A DNA stretch of 42,503 nucleotides from Aegotheles albertisi (taxonomy: Eukaryota), in the NCBI GenBank assembly GCA_039906565.1, contig JBDMAX010000536.1:161716-204218 (forward strand), in the 5' to 3' direction. Both the position numbers and the translations under genes were made by a program. The notes under the pieces are model-generated. The model was not told the origin of the DNA. It ran no database searches and saw only the letters and a program-made list of their open reading frames with translations. Below are positions 11,502 through 22,120 of this stretch, one piece after another; the first letter of the stretch is position 1; every line of letters begins with the position of its first letter.

Positions 11502-12681
11502 TCACCTCTGGGGCACTGAAACCCTCCTACTCCTCCCCCTCCTTCCCGAGGAGTCACAGTCTGTGGTTTGCTGACTCAGGAGATCACGGCCCCGCCGTGG
11601 GGATCTGCTCCGCTCTCTCTTCCTCAGGAGGGTTTGCTGCCAAGCAGCCCTGGGGGCAGGAGCCCACTTGGAGCTGGTGTTGGAGGGCCCTGCAGCTTCA
11701 TCATCCCGTGGGGCTCGGACACAATGTGGAGGACTTGTTCTCCACCTGCCCCTCGCTGAGCGGTGGGAGTCCGTGTACTCCCCCAAAGGGCTGCGGAGCT
11801 CACAGCCCCGCTGGGGGGATCTGCTCCGCTCTCTCTTCCCTGGTAGGATTTGCTGCTGAGCAGCCCTGGGTGCAGGAGCCAACTCGGAGCTGCCACTGGG
11901 GAGCCCTGGAGCTGCCTCATCCCTGGGAGCAGATTCACGGCTCGGAGAGGCAGTTCTCCTCCTCTTCCCTGCTGAACAGTCGTAGTCTGTGGGCTCCATG
12001 GCCCAGCTGCGGAGATCATTGCCCCACTGTGGGGATCTGCTCCGCGCCCTCTCCCTGGCGCTGTTCCTCTGGCAGTGGGAAGAAGGGATAAATCCGTGCT
12101 GCTCTGTCCTGCTGTCCTCTTGACTGGTGTGCAGCCACCCTGCAGATGCCTCCTGTGCTCCTGCCTGGGCTGGCTGGCTTGTGCTGGCTGCGGAGGAGGA
12201 GCTGCTCTCCTCTGGAGACTCCTCCATGCCCTCTGCCACCTCCTGCAAAGAGAGCTGTGAAAAGGTCCTGCCCTCTCCTCCAGAAAGGACCAGGGCAGTG
12301 GGGAACCCCCAGAAGCTCTGTGAGGGGACAGCTGAGGGCCTCCCAAAGGCTCTCCTGGAGGGCTGCAAAGGCAGGAGGGTCAAAGGCGGACAAATGGGAT
12401 GGATCCAAGTGGGATGCTTTGAGAGGAAGCAGTGTTGCCGCTCTGAAGAAAGCTGCAGTGTGGCAGGGAGAAGAGCAGTGCCGAGATCCCAGAAGGAAAT
12501 CCACTGTCCATCTGGTGTCCTCACCCACCTCCCCAGAGTCACCTCAGTCCTACCAGGCAGAGCCTGTGGTCCCACAGAACCCACCTGCTCTCTGCTGGCC
12601 ACCCGCTGACCGAGCAAGGAGGAGGGAGACGATGGTGCTGCTGAGGAAGAAGCCCCTTCTCCACTTTTCAAATCAGAGCAC
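11502..12681 (-). CDS. USP42: USP36/USP42-family deubiquitinase, terminal coding exon. The Arg/Ser-rich C-terminal tail has three ~75-aa tandem repeats (KRERSRSP...APRDEAA...APAPRAAQQ). Stop codon at 11502-11504.
   Basis: Acceptor TTTTCTCCAG|G at ~12682. The phase matches the upstream exon, giving ...LFYVR|CSDLKSGEG. Arg/Ser-rich C-terminal exon, as in USP42. ~225-bp DNA tandem repeat x3 (11580-12060). Confidence 0.6.
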
Positions 12682-12892
12682 CTGGAGAAAACAAGAGTGA
12701 TCTCTGTTTAGGGCTCTTCCTGCAGCCCCCTCTGGGGTTCAGTCATTTTCTTGGAGCGGGTCCTAGGACAGAGGGAAGATGTAACCCAGACTACACATGG
12801 GAAACTCAACTGGGGTCTTCCCACCCGCTCTGCCCCTGTCGCAGCACGGCCTCAGCTTTATAACCCCTGCGGCTTCGATTCCAGACAACCAT

Positions 12893-13250
12893 AGAGTGGT
12901 TTGGGTTGGAAGGGACCTCAAAGATCATCTGGTTCCAACCCCCTGCCATGGGCAGGGACACCTCCCACCAGCCCAGGGTGCTCCGAGCCCCATCCAGCCT
13001 GGCCTGGAACACTGCCAGGGAGGGGCAGCCACAGCTTCTCTGGGCACCCTGGGCCAGGCTCTCCCCACCCTCACAGCAAAGAATTTCTTCTTCAGATCTG
13101 ATCTAAATCTACTCCCTGTCAGTTTAAAACTGTTACCCCTGCCCTGTCACTGCACTCCGTGCGCAAGAGTCCCCCCCAGCTTTCCTGTAGGCCCCCTTTG
13201 ATTACTCCCCTCTCCATTAGCAGCCTCAGAGAGCAGACGAGTAGCAGTTT
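12893..13250 (-). mobile_element. CR1-type LINE 3'-region fragment (avian interspersed repeat), intronic in the USP gene.
   Basis: GGTTTGGGTTGGAAGGGACCTCAAAGATCATCTGGTTCCAACCCCCTGCCATGGGCAGGGACACCTCCCACCAG...CTCACAGCAAAGAATTTCTTC. Confidence 0.6.
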
Positions 13251-13447
13251 ACACCAGGGCAGCAGCCTAGAGCCCAGCAGGGACAATGAGGAGTGACGTG
13301 GGCTGGTTCAGGTGTGACAGCACCGAATGGTGCAGGTAGGAATTGTCTCCTCTGACAGGAAAAGGAACACTCAGGAGGGTGAGGGGGGAAAGAGCAAAGC
13401 CAGGAAGAGGAGACATACTCTGAACACATACTAATACTGGTTATTAC

Positions 13448-13548
13448 CTGACATAAAACAGTAAATAGGCTTTCTGCTTGAGAACTTTGGCGATGCCACA
13501 ACGACGGACATGCTCATCGTTCATCTCGTACCAGAGGCCATCGCTGGC
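13448..13548 (-). CDS. USP42: USP36/42-like exon: ASDGLWYEMNDEHVRRCGIAKVLKQKAYLLFYV(R). This is the catalytic Asn/Asp region, C-terminal end of the USP domain.
   Basis: Acceptor TTTTTTGCAG|GCC, donor AG|GTAATA. Matches USP42 [34 protein letters not shown]. Confidence 0.8.
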
Positions 13549-13740
13549 CTGCAAAAAAGGCATCGATATCGAGAGATGAACTGCATGGTTTCTCCACACA
13601 GACACAGGCAGAAAACTACAGAACCAAGAGTACACCAAAAAACTCCAATCCGGCCCCTGAGGAGACCACCTTGGCTGCCGTGAAAGGTTGTCTGCCCTGG
13701 GATACGATTTTCCCTGGGTAGGAAGGAAATTGCTCTTCAC

Positions 13741-13881
13741 CTTTGTGTAGCAGTAGTAGTGTCCTGCATTACAGCTTCCCCCATAATGCACCAGGACAGA
13801 GTACAGGCGGTAGAGCAGCGGTTCTCCAGCTGTCTGAGACACGTACGGCCCAAGATCCAGGTACTCGGGATACCGCACAAC
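13741..13881 (-). CDS. USP42: USP36/42-like exon: VVRYPEYLDLGPYVSQTAGEPLLYRLYSVLVHYGGSCNAGHYYCYTK (His box).
   Basis: Acceptor TCTCCGTAG|G, donor AAG|GTGAAG. Matches USP42 [45 protein letters not shown]. Confidence 0.85.
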
Positions 13882-14210
13882 CTACGGAGAGACCAAGAGG
13901 GCTCAGAAATGCTCCTGAAATCCTGCACGACACAGCCTTCCAAGACCAAGGGCCAGAGGTGCACACGCACATCTCTGGGGCTCATGGACACTTGGCTCTC
14001 CCTAAAGCAACATGGCATGGTTTGGGTGTCAGGAGACTCTCCTCAGCCAAAGCTGCTCCCTCGGAGCAGAGTAGGGGCTTCTCTTCCCACGGAACTCTCC
14101 TCTTCCCAGAAGGGAACAGGAAAACTGAACATGAACAGCCTGGGACAGAGCATTCTGCTTCGGGAAAGCTGCCCCGGGAAGAGAAAGGTGCACTCCAGGT
14201 GCACACACAC

Positions 14211-14322
14211 CTTGTTGATCTTCCTGCCGTGGAGATCTCCAAACCTTTTCAGACAGATGGTGAGAACCTTGGGCAGGCGATGGATCGTGTACCCCTTGGA
14301 GGCAGCAGCCACCTGGTCACAC
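14211..14322 (-). CDS. USP42: USP36/42-like exon: (Q)CDQVAAASKGYTIHRLPKVLTICLKRFGDLHGRKINK.
   Basis: Acceptor TTTCCAG|G, donor AAG|GTGTGT. Matches USP42 [37 protein letters not shown]. Confidence 0.8.
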
Positions 14323-14573
14323 CTGGAAACCAAGCACAGAGCCAAGTGTGGACATGGACCCTCACCAGGCACCCTTTCTCCCCCCAGCAATCCAGACATG
14401 CTTTAATGTCTCAAGGACACTCGGGTGTATGGGGCTGCCTTCAAACACAAGCTGTGTCTCATGGCCGTGCATCCCAGCTGCGTGAAAAGCGAACTGCAGC
14501 TCGAGGACACGCAGCACCTTCAGGCAGCCTCTAGGATTCAGATGGCATCACTCATCCTCTTACTGGCTGCATC

Positions 14574-14670
14574 TGAGGCAGTTGTCGCCGTCCAGCTGCT
14601 CGGGTCTCACAAAGTCCTCCAGAGCTGCGGTGACAGATGAGGCTGCCTGGAGGAGTGAGAAAGGAGAGCA
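14574..14670 (-). CDS. USP42: USP36/42-like exon: ...SPFSLLQAASSVTAALEDFVRPEQLDGDNCLRCS(Q). The 5' boundary is uncertain. An upstream exon for the QIFGGYLRSRVKCxxC segment was not found, so the gene may be divergent.
   Basis: Donor CA|GTAAGA. Matches USP42 [22 protein letters not shown]. Phase is compatible with the next exon. The first CxxC of the zinc ribbon was not identified. Confidence 0.45.
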
Positions 14671-15132
14671 CTGAGCTCGGGGAAACGCGCTCGCCCAAAC
14701 ACACACCAGGAGCTGACAAGAAGGCCCAGGGAGCTGAGGCTGAGGAGACCCCCTGTGAACCTGCACGCTGTGCCCAGGATGGGGGCAGGAAGAGGACAAC
14801 GTGCTGAACATCGCCCTCAGTGCCCAGGGATGCCCGGGGCTGTCAAGAGCTCCCTCTCTGGGGCACCGCTCAGTTCAGCTGCGAATGGAGTGCGGGCTCA
14901 TCAATAACGAAAACACCAGAACCCATCAGCCTGGGAGCCAGGCGGGTGTTGAGGGAGGGCACACGCAAGAAGGATGAGAGTACGTCAGGGGCAAAGAGCT
15001 GGTCCAGCTTAAAGCCAGCCCCTGCAGGGATAGCACTGCCGTGGTCTCTCCAGAAGGACACAGTCTATCCCACTTCCCACCCACCACCAAGCTCTCCTAC
15101 ACACCCAGTGTAGGTTTTTAAGACAACTGCAT

Positions 15133-15697
15133 CTATTCTGGAAAGCTGCGGGCACCTTGGGACATCCTGAAGCACAGCTACAAACCCTCTTACTTTTATA
15201 TCCAGAAGGACATCCAGGAAGGCCTCGTAGGAATCCGAAACAGCTTTGCAGCTCAGGCACGTGACTGGAAGGCAAATGGAAATGCTCAGCGACGGGGGAA
15301 GGCGACTGTGCCGCTTTACTCTCCGCACGCCTCCTACTCCAGCCGCACCATCGGCTCCTTCTCACAGGCAGTCAGGAGGGCACAGAGACACCCAGGACAG
15401 CAAGAGTTGTGCAAACGTACCTCTGGACCTCAGGGAGCCCCCAAATATTTGATGGACGATGGTCGTGTGTTGCGAAGCCACGTCCAAGCTGGAAAGAAAG
15501 GGTAAGGCAGAGAGTTATCTCCTCCAAGAGTTTGACTGTCTCTGGAAACCCTGGGTATGGGTTCTCCTTGATGGGAGCACATCAGGGAGCCCAAAGGACT
15601 CAGGGACACGGGAGAGATGATGTGCTTGTGCTTACTTGCTGCTCCCACGCAGGCAAGCTGTCTGCATGGCCCCGACAGCACAGCGCAGGAACTCATG
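15133..15697. repeat. Copy 2 of the ~560-bp segmental duplication. It overlaps the 3' part of the USP exon at 15636-15738 and the downstream intron.
   Basis: Near-identical to 8545-9108. Confidence 0.85.
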
Positions 15698-15738
15698 GGC
15701 GTCTTCCTGCTGGCCCAACTCGAAGTCTGGTCCTATTT
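15636..15738 (-). CDS. USP42: USP36/42-like exon: (E)[33 protein letters not shown](K).
   Basis: Acceptor TCTCTTAG|AA, donor AA|GTAAGC. Matches USP42 [30 protein letters not shown]. Confidence 0.75.
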
Positions 15739-15813
15739 CTAAGAGAGAAGAAGTTAGTAGCTGTGCCCTACAAGAACAGAAGGAAACATCTCAAAGCACC
15801 TGACATGCCTTAC

Positions 15814-15924
15814 CTGTCAGAACATGGACAGGACCCCAAGGCTCAATGGCACCGCCTGAGCAGTGCAGGACCTCATTAACATGTGCCTCCATTATGCACA
15901 TCATGCAGAAGCCTTCCCCACCAT
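15814..15924 (-). CDS. USP42: USP36/42-like exon: (D)GGEGFCMMCIMEAHVNEVLHCSGGAIEPWGPVHVLT.
   Basis: Acceptor CCTCTTCAG|AT, donor G|GTAAGG. Matches USP42 [28 protein letters not shown]. Confidence 0.75.
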
Positions 15925-16349
15925 CTGAAGAGGGAGAGAGGGAGGGAAACTCCTAGGTTAGCAAAACAGCCACAGCGAGGGGAAACCTAAAGGAGATCCC
16001 GAAGGTGTAAGAACAGTCCCCACTCCTCCCAGGGTGACCACGTCCCAACAAGCCTGGGACATTTTAGTGCACAGAATTCAGAGGGACGCTCAACTGCCAG
16101 AAATGTTCTGTGCGAGAAGCAGAGGGTTTAACTTGCAGGAATGGAGCCCCGGGGCTAGCGAGAGGCGCCTGGCTGAAGATGGACACACCTAGATGTGACC
16201 AGCAGCTTCTAGGCGTGAGTGTACAGAGAGCACCAGCTCGGGGGAGTGACAAGGAAGGGCTGCTTTCCTCCTCCATCAAACCCCACATCCTGCGGTTCCT
16301 TGGGAAGTGCCCAACAGGGGCACAAGCAGACCTGTAGGAAAGCACTCAC

Positions 16350-16530
16350 CACAGGACTGGCTGTGCTGCCGAGAGAGCAGGTAGTTGGCCAGCGGGGGGG
16401 TGTAGGTCAGGCACTGCATGACCGAGTTGAGGAAGCACGTGTTGTGCAGGTTGGTGAGCCCTGCTCCAGCTCTCTGTCTCATCTGCCAGGCCATGCAGAT
16501 CTTTTCTGTTAACGCCATTCCCTCGGCCAT
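16350..16530 (-). CDS. USP42: USP36/42-like Cys-box exon: M(16528-16530)[59 protein letters not shown]. This is either the first coding exon, or the acceptor CCCTGCAG just upstream means further 5' exon(s) exist.
   Basis: Catalytic Cys motif GLxNLxNTCFLNS..[11 protein letters not shown]. The EKICxxWQ motif is shared with USP42. Consensus donor G|GTGAGT. Confidence 0.7.
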
Positions 16531-17189
16531 GACTGCAGGGAAGTGACATTGGAACAGAGATCAGACAATGTTGTTGCACGAACACGTATCAAGGCCCTTC
16601 TGAAAGAGTGCCTGGCCTGTCCCCTTCCCTGAAGAGGACAGGACCTGCTGCTGAGCTGCTGCCAGCGCTGGCTGCAGGGCCCCATGGCTCTCCAGCCCAC
16701 ACTTGCTCATCATGTGTGCAGGAGCCACCGGCTGTCGGCCACTCCTTCAACAGCTGCCTTGGCCATGCTGCTGTTCTGTCTCCCTTCCTACCACATCCCT
16801 CAGGCTGGGCTTCTTGTCACCCCAAGCTGAGCTCAGCGCCTGAGGCTACACTGCCACCCCCTGCGTGCCCGGCCCAGGAGACGGCACAGAAACAAGCATG
16901 AGCAAACAGGGAGTCTCCCATAGCCCCGGCCAGCCTGTAAAGGTGTCAGCCCAGCCTAGAGCTGGCAAGGCACAGACCCGCCCGGGCTGTTGTCCTGCAT
17001 TGGCCTACTCTGTCACCTGCCCTCAGAGTGCTGTCGGCATCACCTTGGAGAGAGAAGTGAAGCTGAACACAAGTGGGCACCAAACGCTCAGTGGCTGGGA
17101 AGCAGCAGGCGCACGAGTACACCAGGAGGAGCCGAGTTGTCCCGAGGGGCAGCTCAGCCCAACTGGCTCTCCTTGGCCGCTGCTCGGTA

Positions 17190-17260
17190 CTTATAGCCCT
17201 GGCCACATGACGTCACAATGCCACTTTGTGACGTGTCACCGCCACTTTGTGACACGGGGT
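17190..17260. promoter_or_regulatory. Putative promoter elements upstream of the USP gene: TATA-like CTTATAGCC, a perfect CRE TGACGTCA (17208-17215), and 2x GCCACTTTGTGAC.
   Basis: Motifs seen directly. They lie ~680 bp upstream (on the minus strand) of the Cys-box exon. Function is inferred. Confidence 0.25.
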
Positions 17261-17711
17261 CCCCTCGAGGCCACCCGGCTGCCACAGCCCTGTCACCTCC
17301 CGCAGCCAGCAGGCATTGGGCTTCTCCCAGCTCCTCCCGGATACAAACCTGCCCAGGGCTGCCAGCGTCCTGCTCACAGCTCGGGCTGGCACACTCGGCT
17401 GGCCGAGGGTTCCTGCTCCACTCTGCCCACGAGACTCGTGTAGCTCACACCTGGGCTCAGACAGGCTCCTTCCCAAGGAATTTTACCTGCGCCCACAGCA
17501 GAGCCACAGGCTCTGACCCAGGGCTGCCAAAGGAACCTTCCCAACTGCACTGGGGTGCCCTTGGCTGCCCGCAGCTGCTCTTCTCACCCGCAGCGCCGAG
17601 AAACACCTGGGGGGGCTGTTTAGCATCTGGATTGCCCCCTTGGCCCACTCGGATGGTGGGGAGCATTGCTTCTGCCCCAACAAGGAAGCTGCTAAGGAGG
17701 GGTCTGCTCCA

Positions 17712-18038
17712 TAAAAATGCGAATATGGCCTGGAGCCTCAAAAGGACTGCCTGGAGTTGAAAAATGCTGCTTTGGAGCCTGAAAATAAGGCTTTGCACGC
17801 TGCAGATGTGGCTTTGGACGCCAAAAAGAAGACTTTGCAAACGAAAACTGACCCTTGGAACCATAAAGATGAGGCTTTGAAAGCCAAAGCCAAGAGTCTG
17901 GCAAATAAAAATGAGGCTTTGGACACCATAAATATCGCTTTGCAGTCTCAAAAGAGGCTTTCTGCCCCAAAAATGAGGGTTTGGGACCTCAGAAGCTGAC
18001 GTTCAAGCCTAGAAGCAAAGCTTTGGACTCTAAAAGTG
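17712..18038. repeat. Degenerate 21-22-bp tandem repeat (AAAAATGAGGCTTTGGAGCC-like), ~16 units. In one frame it encodes xxALxxx heptads.
   Basis: Tandem periodicity. ORF 17757..17999(+) reads NAALEPE NKALHAA DVALDAK KKTLQTK ... EALKAKA KSLANKN EALDTIN. Confidence 0.7.
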
Positions 18039-18704
18039 AGTGTGGGGTACAAGGTGCCACCGACCCCCAGGGAGCAGCAGGTCCTGGTGGCCTTTCCCAA
18101 GGTCCAGGTGCTGGTGGCGGGGGAGAGATGGGCACAGAGGTGTCCCCGGCAGCCTGGCAGTCGCCGAGCTCGTGGAGGGAGCAGCAGGTCTGGGCCAGCC
18201 TCAGCAGGTGGGGTGGCATCAGGCAGGAGCTGGTGTGCAGGAGCTGTGGGGAGAGAGCGGGGGGAGCATCGACCCCGGGCCTGCCCTGCTGTGAGGGGAG
18301 AGCCCAGCCCCGCCATCGGCCCCTGCAGCACCGCCGGGTGCCGGCAGCAACGGCCACCAAGGCCGGGGGGGGACGGACACCCATCCTGGGGGAGGGGGAG
18401 GCTCCCAGAGCACGGGCGCTGTGCTGGGGGGGCAGCGGAGGGGCCCCGGGCCCGGGCCAGGCCCTGCTGGGCCTCGGGGCAGCCCCCACCCGCTCCATGG
18501 CGGAGCCGGGCCCGGCTCTGCGCAGCGCCCGCTGCTCCCCATGGGCCCGGCAGGGCCGGCACTGCCCGCGCTGGGCCCGCCCTCCCCTGAGGCGATGCGC
18601 GCTCTGATTGGCCCCCCGCCGGGCAGGCGGTGCTGCTGCCCCTGGGACTGCGCTCTGATTGGCTGCCGGGGCTGTCACTCTGGGCAGGGCCTGACAGCCT
18701 GCGC

Positions 18705-21182
18705 TGGGAGTGCTGGGAGAGACTGGGAGAGACTGGGAGAGACTGGGAGAGACTGGGAGAGACTGGGGGCACTGCGGGGGGTACTGGGAGAGACTGGGAG
18801 AGACTGGGAGAGACTGGGAGAGACTGGGGGCACTGCAGGGTGTACTGGTGAGCACTGGGGGCACTGCAGGGTGTGCTGGGAGTGCTGGGAGAGACTGGGG
18901 CGGTGCGGGGGGCACTGGGAGCACTGGGAGAGACTGGGGGCACTGCAGGCTGTACTGGTGAGCACTGGGAGAGACTGGGGGCACTGCAGGGTGTACTGGG
19001 GAGCACTGGGAGAGACTGGGGGCACTGCAGGCTGTACTGGTGAGCACTGGGAGAGACTGGGGGCACTGCGGGGTGTACTGGGGAGCACTGGGAGAGACTG
19101 GGAGAGACTGGGGGCACTGCGGGGGGTACTGGGAGCACTGGGAGAGACTGGGAGAGACTGGGAGAGACTGGGGGCGGTGCGGGGTGTACTGGGAGAGACT
19201 GGGAGAGACTGGGAGAGACTGGGAGAGACTGGGGGCGGTGCGGGGGGTACTGGGAGCACTGGGAGAGACTGGGAGAGACTGGGAGAGACTGGGGGCGGTG
19301 CGGGGGGTACTGGGAGCACTGGGAGAGACTGGGAGAGACTGGGGGCGGTGCGGGGTGTACTGGGAGCACTGGGAGAGACTGGGAGAGACTGGGAGAGACT
19401 GGGGGCGGTGCGGGGGGGACTGGGGGTACTGGGAGAGACTGGGAGAGACTGGGGGCACTGCAGGGTGTACTGGTGAGCACTGGGGGCACTGCAGGGTGTG
19501 CTGGGAGTGCTGGGAGAGACTGGGGCGGTGCGGGGGGCACTGGGAGCACTGGGAGAGACTGGGGGCACTGCAGGCTGTACTGGTGAGCACTGGGAGAGAC
19601 TGGGGGCACTGCAGGGTGTACTGGGGAGCACTGGGAGAGACTGGGGGCACTGCAGGCTGTACTGGTGAGCACTGGGAGAGACTGGGGGCACTGCAGGGTG
19701 TACTGGGGAGCACTGGGAGAGACTGGGGGCACTGCAGGGTGTACTGGGGAGCACTGGGAGAGACTGGGGGCACTGCGGGGTGTACTGGGAGCACTGGGAG
19801 AGACTGGGGGCACTGCAGGCTGTACTGGGGAGCACTGGGAGAGACTGGGGGCACTGCAGGCTGTACTGGTGAGTACTGGGAGAGACTGGGGGCACTGCAG
19901 GCTGTACTGGTGAGCACTGGGAGAGACTGGGGGCACTGCAGGCTGTCCTGGTGAGCACTGGGAGAGACTGGGGGCACTGCAGGGTGTACTGGTGAGCACT
20001 GGGAGAGACTGGGGGCACTGCAGGGTGTACTGGTGAGCACTGGGAGAGACTGGGGGCACTGCAGGCTGTACTGGTGAGCACTGGGAGAGACTGGGGGCAC
20101 TGCAGGGTGTACTGGTGAGCACTGGGAGAGACTGGGGGCACTGCAGGCTGTACTGGTGAGCACTGGGAGAGACTGGGAGAGACTGGGGGCACTGCGGGGT
20201 GTACTGGGATCACTGGGAGAGACTGGGGGCACTGCAGGCTGTACTGGGAGCACTGGGAGAGACTGGGGGCAGTGCGGGGTGTACTGGTGAGCACTGGGAG
20301 AGACTGGGGGCAGTGCGGGGTGTACTGGGAGCACTGGGAGAGACTGGGGGCAGTGCGGGGTGTACTGGGAGCAGTGGGAGAGACTGGGGGCATTGCAGGC
20401 TCTACTGGTGGGTACTGGGAGAGACTGGGGACACTGCGGTGTGTACTGGGAGAGACTGGGGGCACTGCAGGCTGTACTGGTGAGCACTGGGAGAGACTGG
20501 GGGCACTGCAGACTGTACTGGTGAGCACTGGGAGAGACTGGGGGTACTGCAGGGTGTACTGGGGAGCACTGGGAGAGACTGGGGGCACTGCAGGGTGTAC
20601 TGGGAGCAGTGGGAGAGACTGGGAGAGACTGGGGGCACTGCAGGCTGTACTGGTGAGCACTGGGAGAGACTGGGGGCGGTGCGGGGTGTACTGGGAGAGA
20701 CTGGGAGAGACTGGGGGCAGTGCGGGGTGTACTGGGAGCACTGGGAGAGACTGGGGGCACTGCAGGCTGTACTGGGAGCACTGGGAGAGACTGGGGGCAG
20801 TGCGGGGTGTACTGGTGAGTACTGGGAGAGACTGGGGGCACTGCAGGTTGTACTGGGAGCACTGGGAGAGACTGGGGGCACTGTGGGGTGTACTGGGGAG
20901 TGCTGGGAGAGACTGGGGGCACTGCAGGCTGTACTGGTGAGCGCTGGGAGAGACTGGGGGCACTGCAGGCTGTACTGGGAGCACTGGGAGAGACTGGGGG
21001 CACTGTGGGGTGTACTGGGGAGTGCTGGGAGAGACTGGGGGCACTGCAGGCTGTACTGGTGAGCGCTGGGAGAGACTGGGGGCACTGCAGGCTGTACTGG
21101 GAGCACTGGGAGAGACTGGGGGCACTGCAGGCTGTACTGGGAGCACTGGGAGAGACTGGGAGAGACTGGGAGAGACTGGGGG
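18705..21182. repeat. Intergenic G-rich minisatellite, ~41-bp unit (GGCACTGCAGGCTGTACTGGTGAGCACTGGGAGAGACTGGG) with interspersed GAGACTGGGAGA 12-mers, ~60 copies. All six frames are open.
   Basis: Tandem periodicity. The unit is not a multiple of 3, so the 700-1150-aa ORFs are repeat artefacts. Confidence 0.9.
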
Positions 21183-21184
21183 CA

Positions 21185-21440
21185 CTGCGGGGGTGCCCAC
21201 TGAGAGGAGCAGAGGCAACACATTGGACCAGGAGACATCCCAGCGGCACGGGAGAGAACAACCTTGTCCTGTCGGGGTGGCCAGGCACGGGCACAGGTTC
21301 CCCAGGGAGCTCGTGGAGTCTCTGTCCTTGCAGACATTCCAAACCCAAGGGAGATGGTCCTGGGCAACCTGCTCTAGGTGAGCCTGCTTGAGCAGATGTT
21401 GGACCAGAGGAGCTCCACAGGCCCCTTCCACCCTCAGCCA
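21185..21440 (-). mobile_element. CR1-type LINE 3'-end fragment (AGGTGAGCCTGCTTGAGCAGATGTTGGACCAGAGGAGCTCCACAGGCCCCTTCCA).
   Basis: CR1 3'-terminal motif. Confidence 0.5.
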
Positions 21441-21704
21441 TGATGTGTGGCTGTGTGCTCTGCTTTCACCCCTGAGGCCTCGGAACTCAGCCCTGATGCC
21501 CGCTGGAAAGGATGTGGGGACAAGGCACGATCCCAAACTCCCCCCCAAGGATTCAGCACCAAACAACATCTCCCCACTCCAGAATACCCTAAGGCAGACA
21601 CAGTCAGAAGAGAGAAAATATCCTTTTATTGTGGAGAGCAGCAGCAGGAGCCCAGGAGTCGCCGCGGTCCAGCCGGTAACAGGAACACGAAACCTGCAAG
21701 GGCA

Positions 21705-22120
21705 GAGACCTCAAAGATCATCCAGTTTCAACCCCCCTGCCATGGGCAGGGACACCTCCCACCAGCCCAGGGTGCTCCAAGCCCCAGCCAACCTGGCCTT
21801 GGACACTGCCAGGGAGGGGCAGCCACAGCTTCTCTGGGCAACCTGGGCCAGGCTCTCACCACCCTCACACCAAAGAATTTCTCCCTCCCATCCCATCTCC
21901 ATCTCCCCTCTGGCACTTGGAACCCGTTCCCCCTCGTCCCATCACTCCCTGCCCTTGGCACCAGTCCCTCTCCAGCTTTCCTGGAGCCCCTTCAGGCACT
22001 GGAAGGTGCTCCGAGGTCTCCCTGGAGCCTTCTCTTCTCCAGGCTGAACACCCCCAACTCTCAGCCTGGCCCCAGAGCTGCTCCAACTCTCCCAGATCTT
22101 CATCTTCTCCCCACATCTGC
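21705..22120 (-). mobile_element. CR1-type LINE 3'-region fragment (avian interspersed repeat).
   Basis: AGACCTCAAAGATCATCCAGTTTCAACCCCCCTGCCATGGGCAGGGACACCTCCCACCAGCCCAGG...CCTGGAGCCTTCTCTTCTCCAGGCTGAACACCCCCAACTCTCAGCC. Confidence 0.6.

Noticed and set aside
8545-15697. 560-bp direct repeats ~6.6 kb apart, ending ...AACTCA, that could be LTRs of an endogenous retrovirus.
   Set aside because: The interior contains host USP exons and a CR1 fragment, with no gag/pol/env-like ORFs. The repeat edges are fuzzy and are not clean TG...CA termini. It is interpreted as a segmental duplication.
17948-21569. Very long minus- and plus-strand ORFs (724, 1150, 964 aa; Pro/Ser/Cys-rich on one strand, Gly/Trp-rich on the other) that could be read as a mucin-like or collagen-like gene.
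   Set aside because: They are translations of a 41-bp minisatellite. The unit is not a multiple of 3 and all six frames are open, so the ORFs are artefacts.
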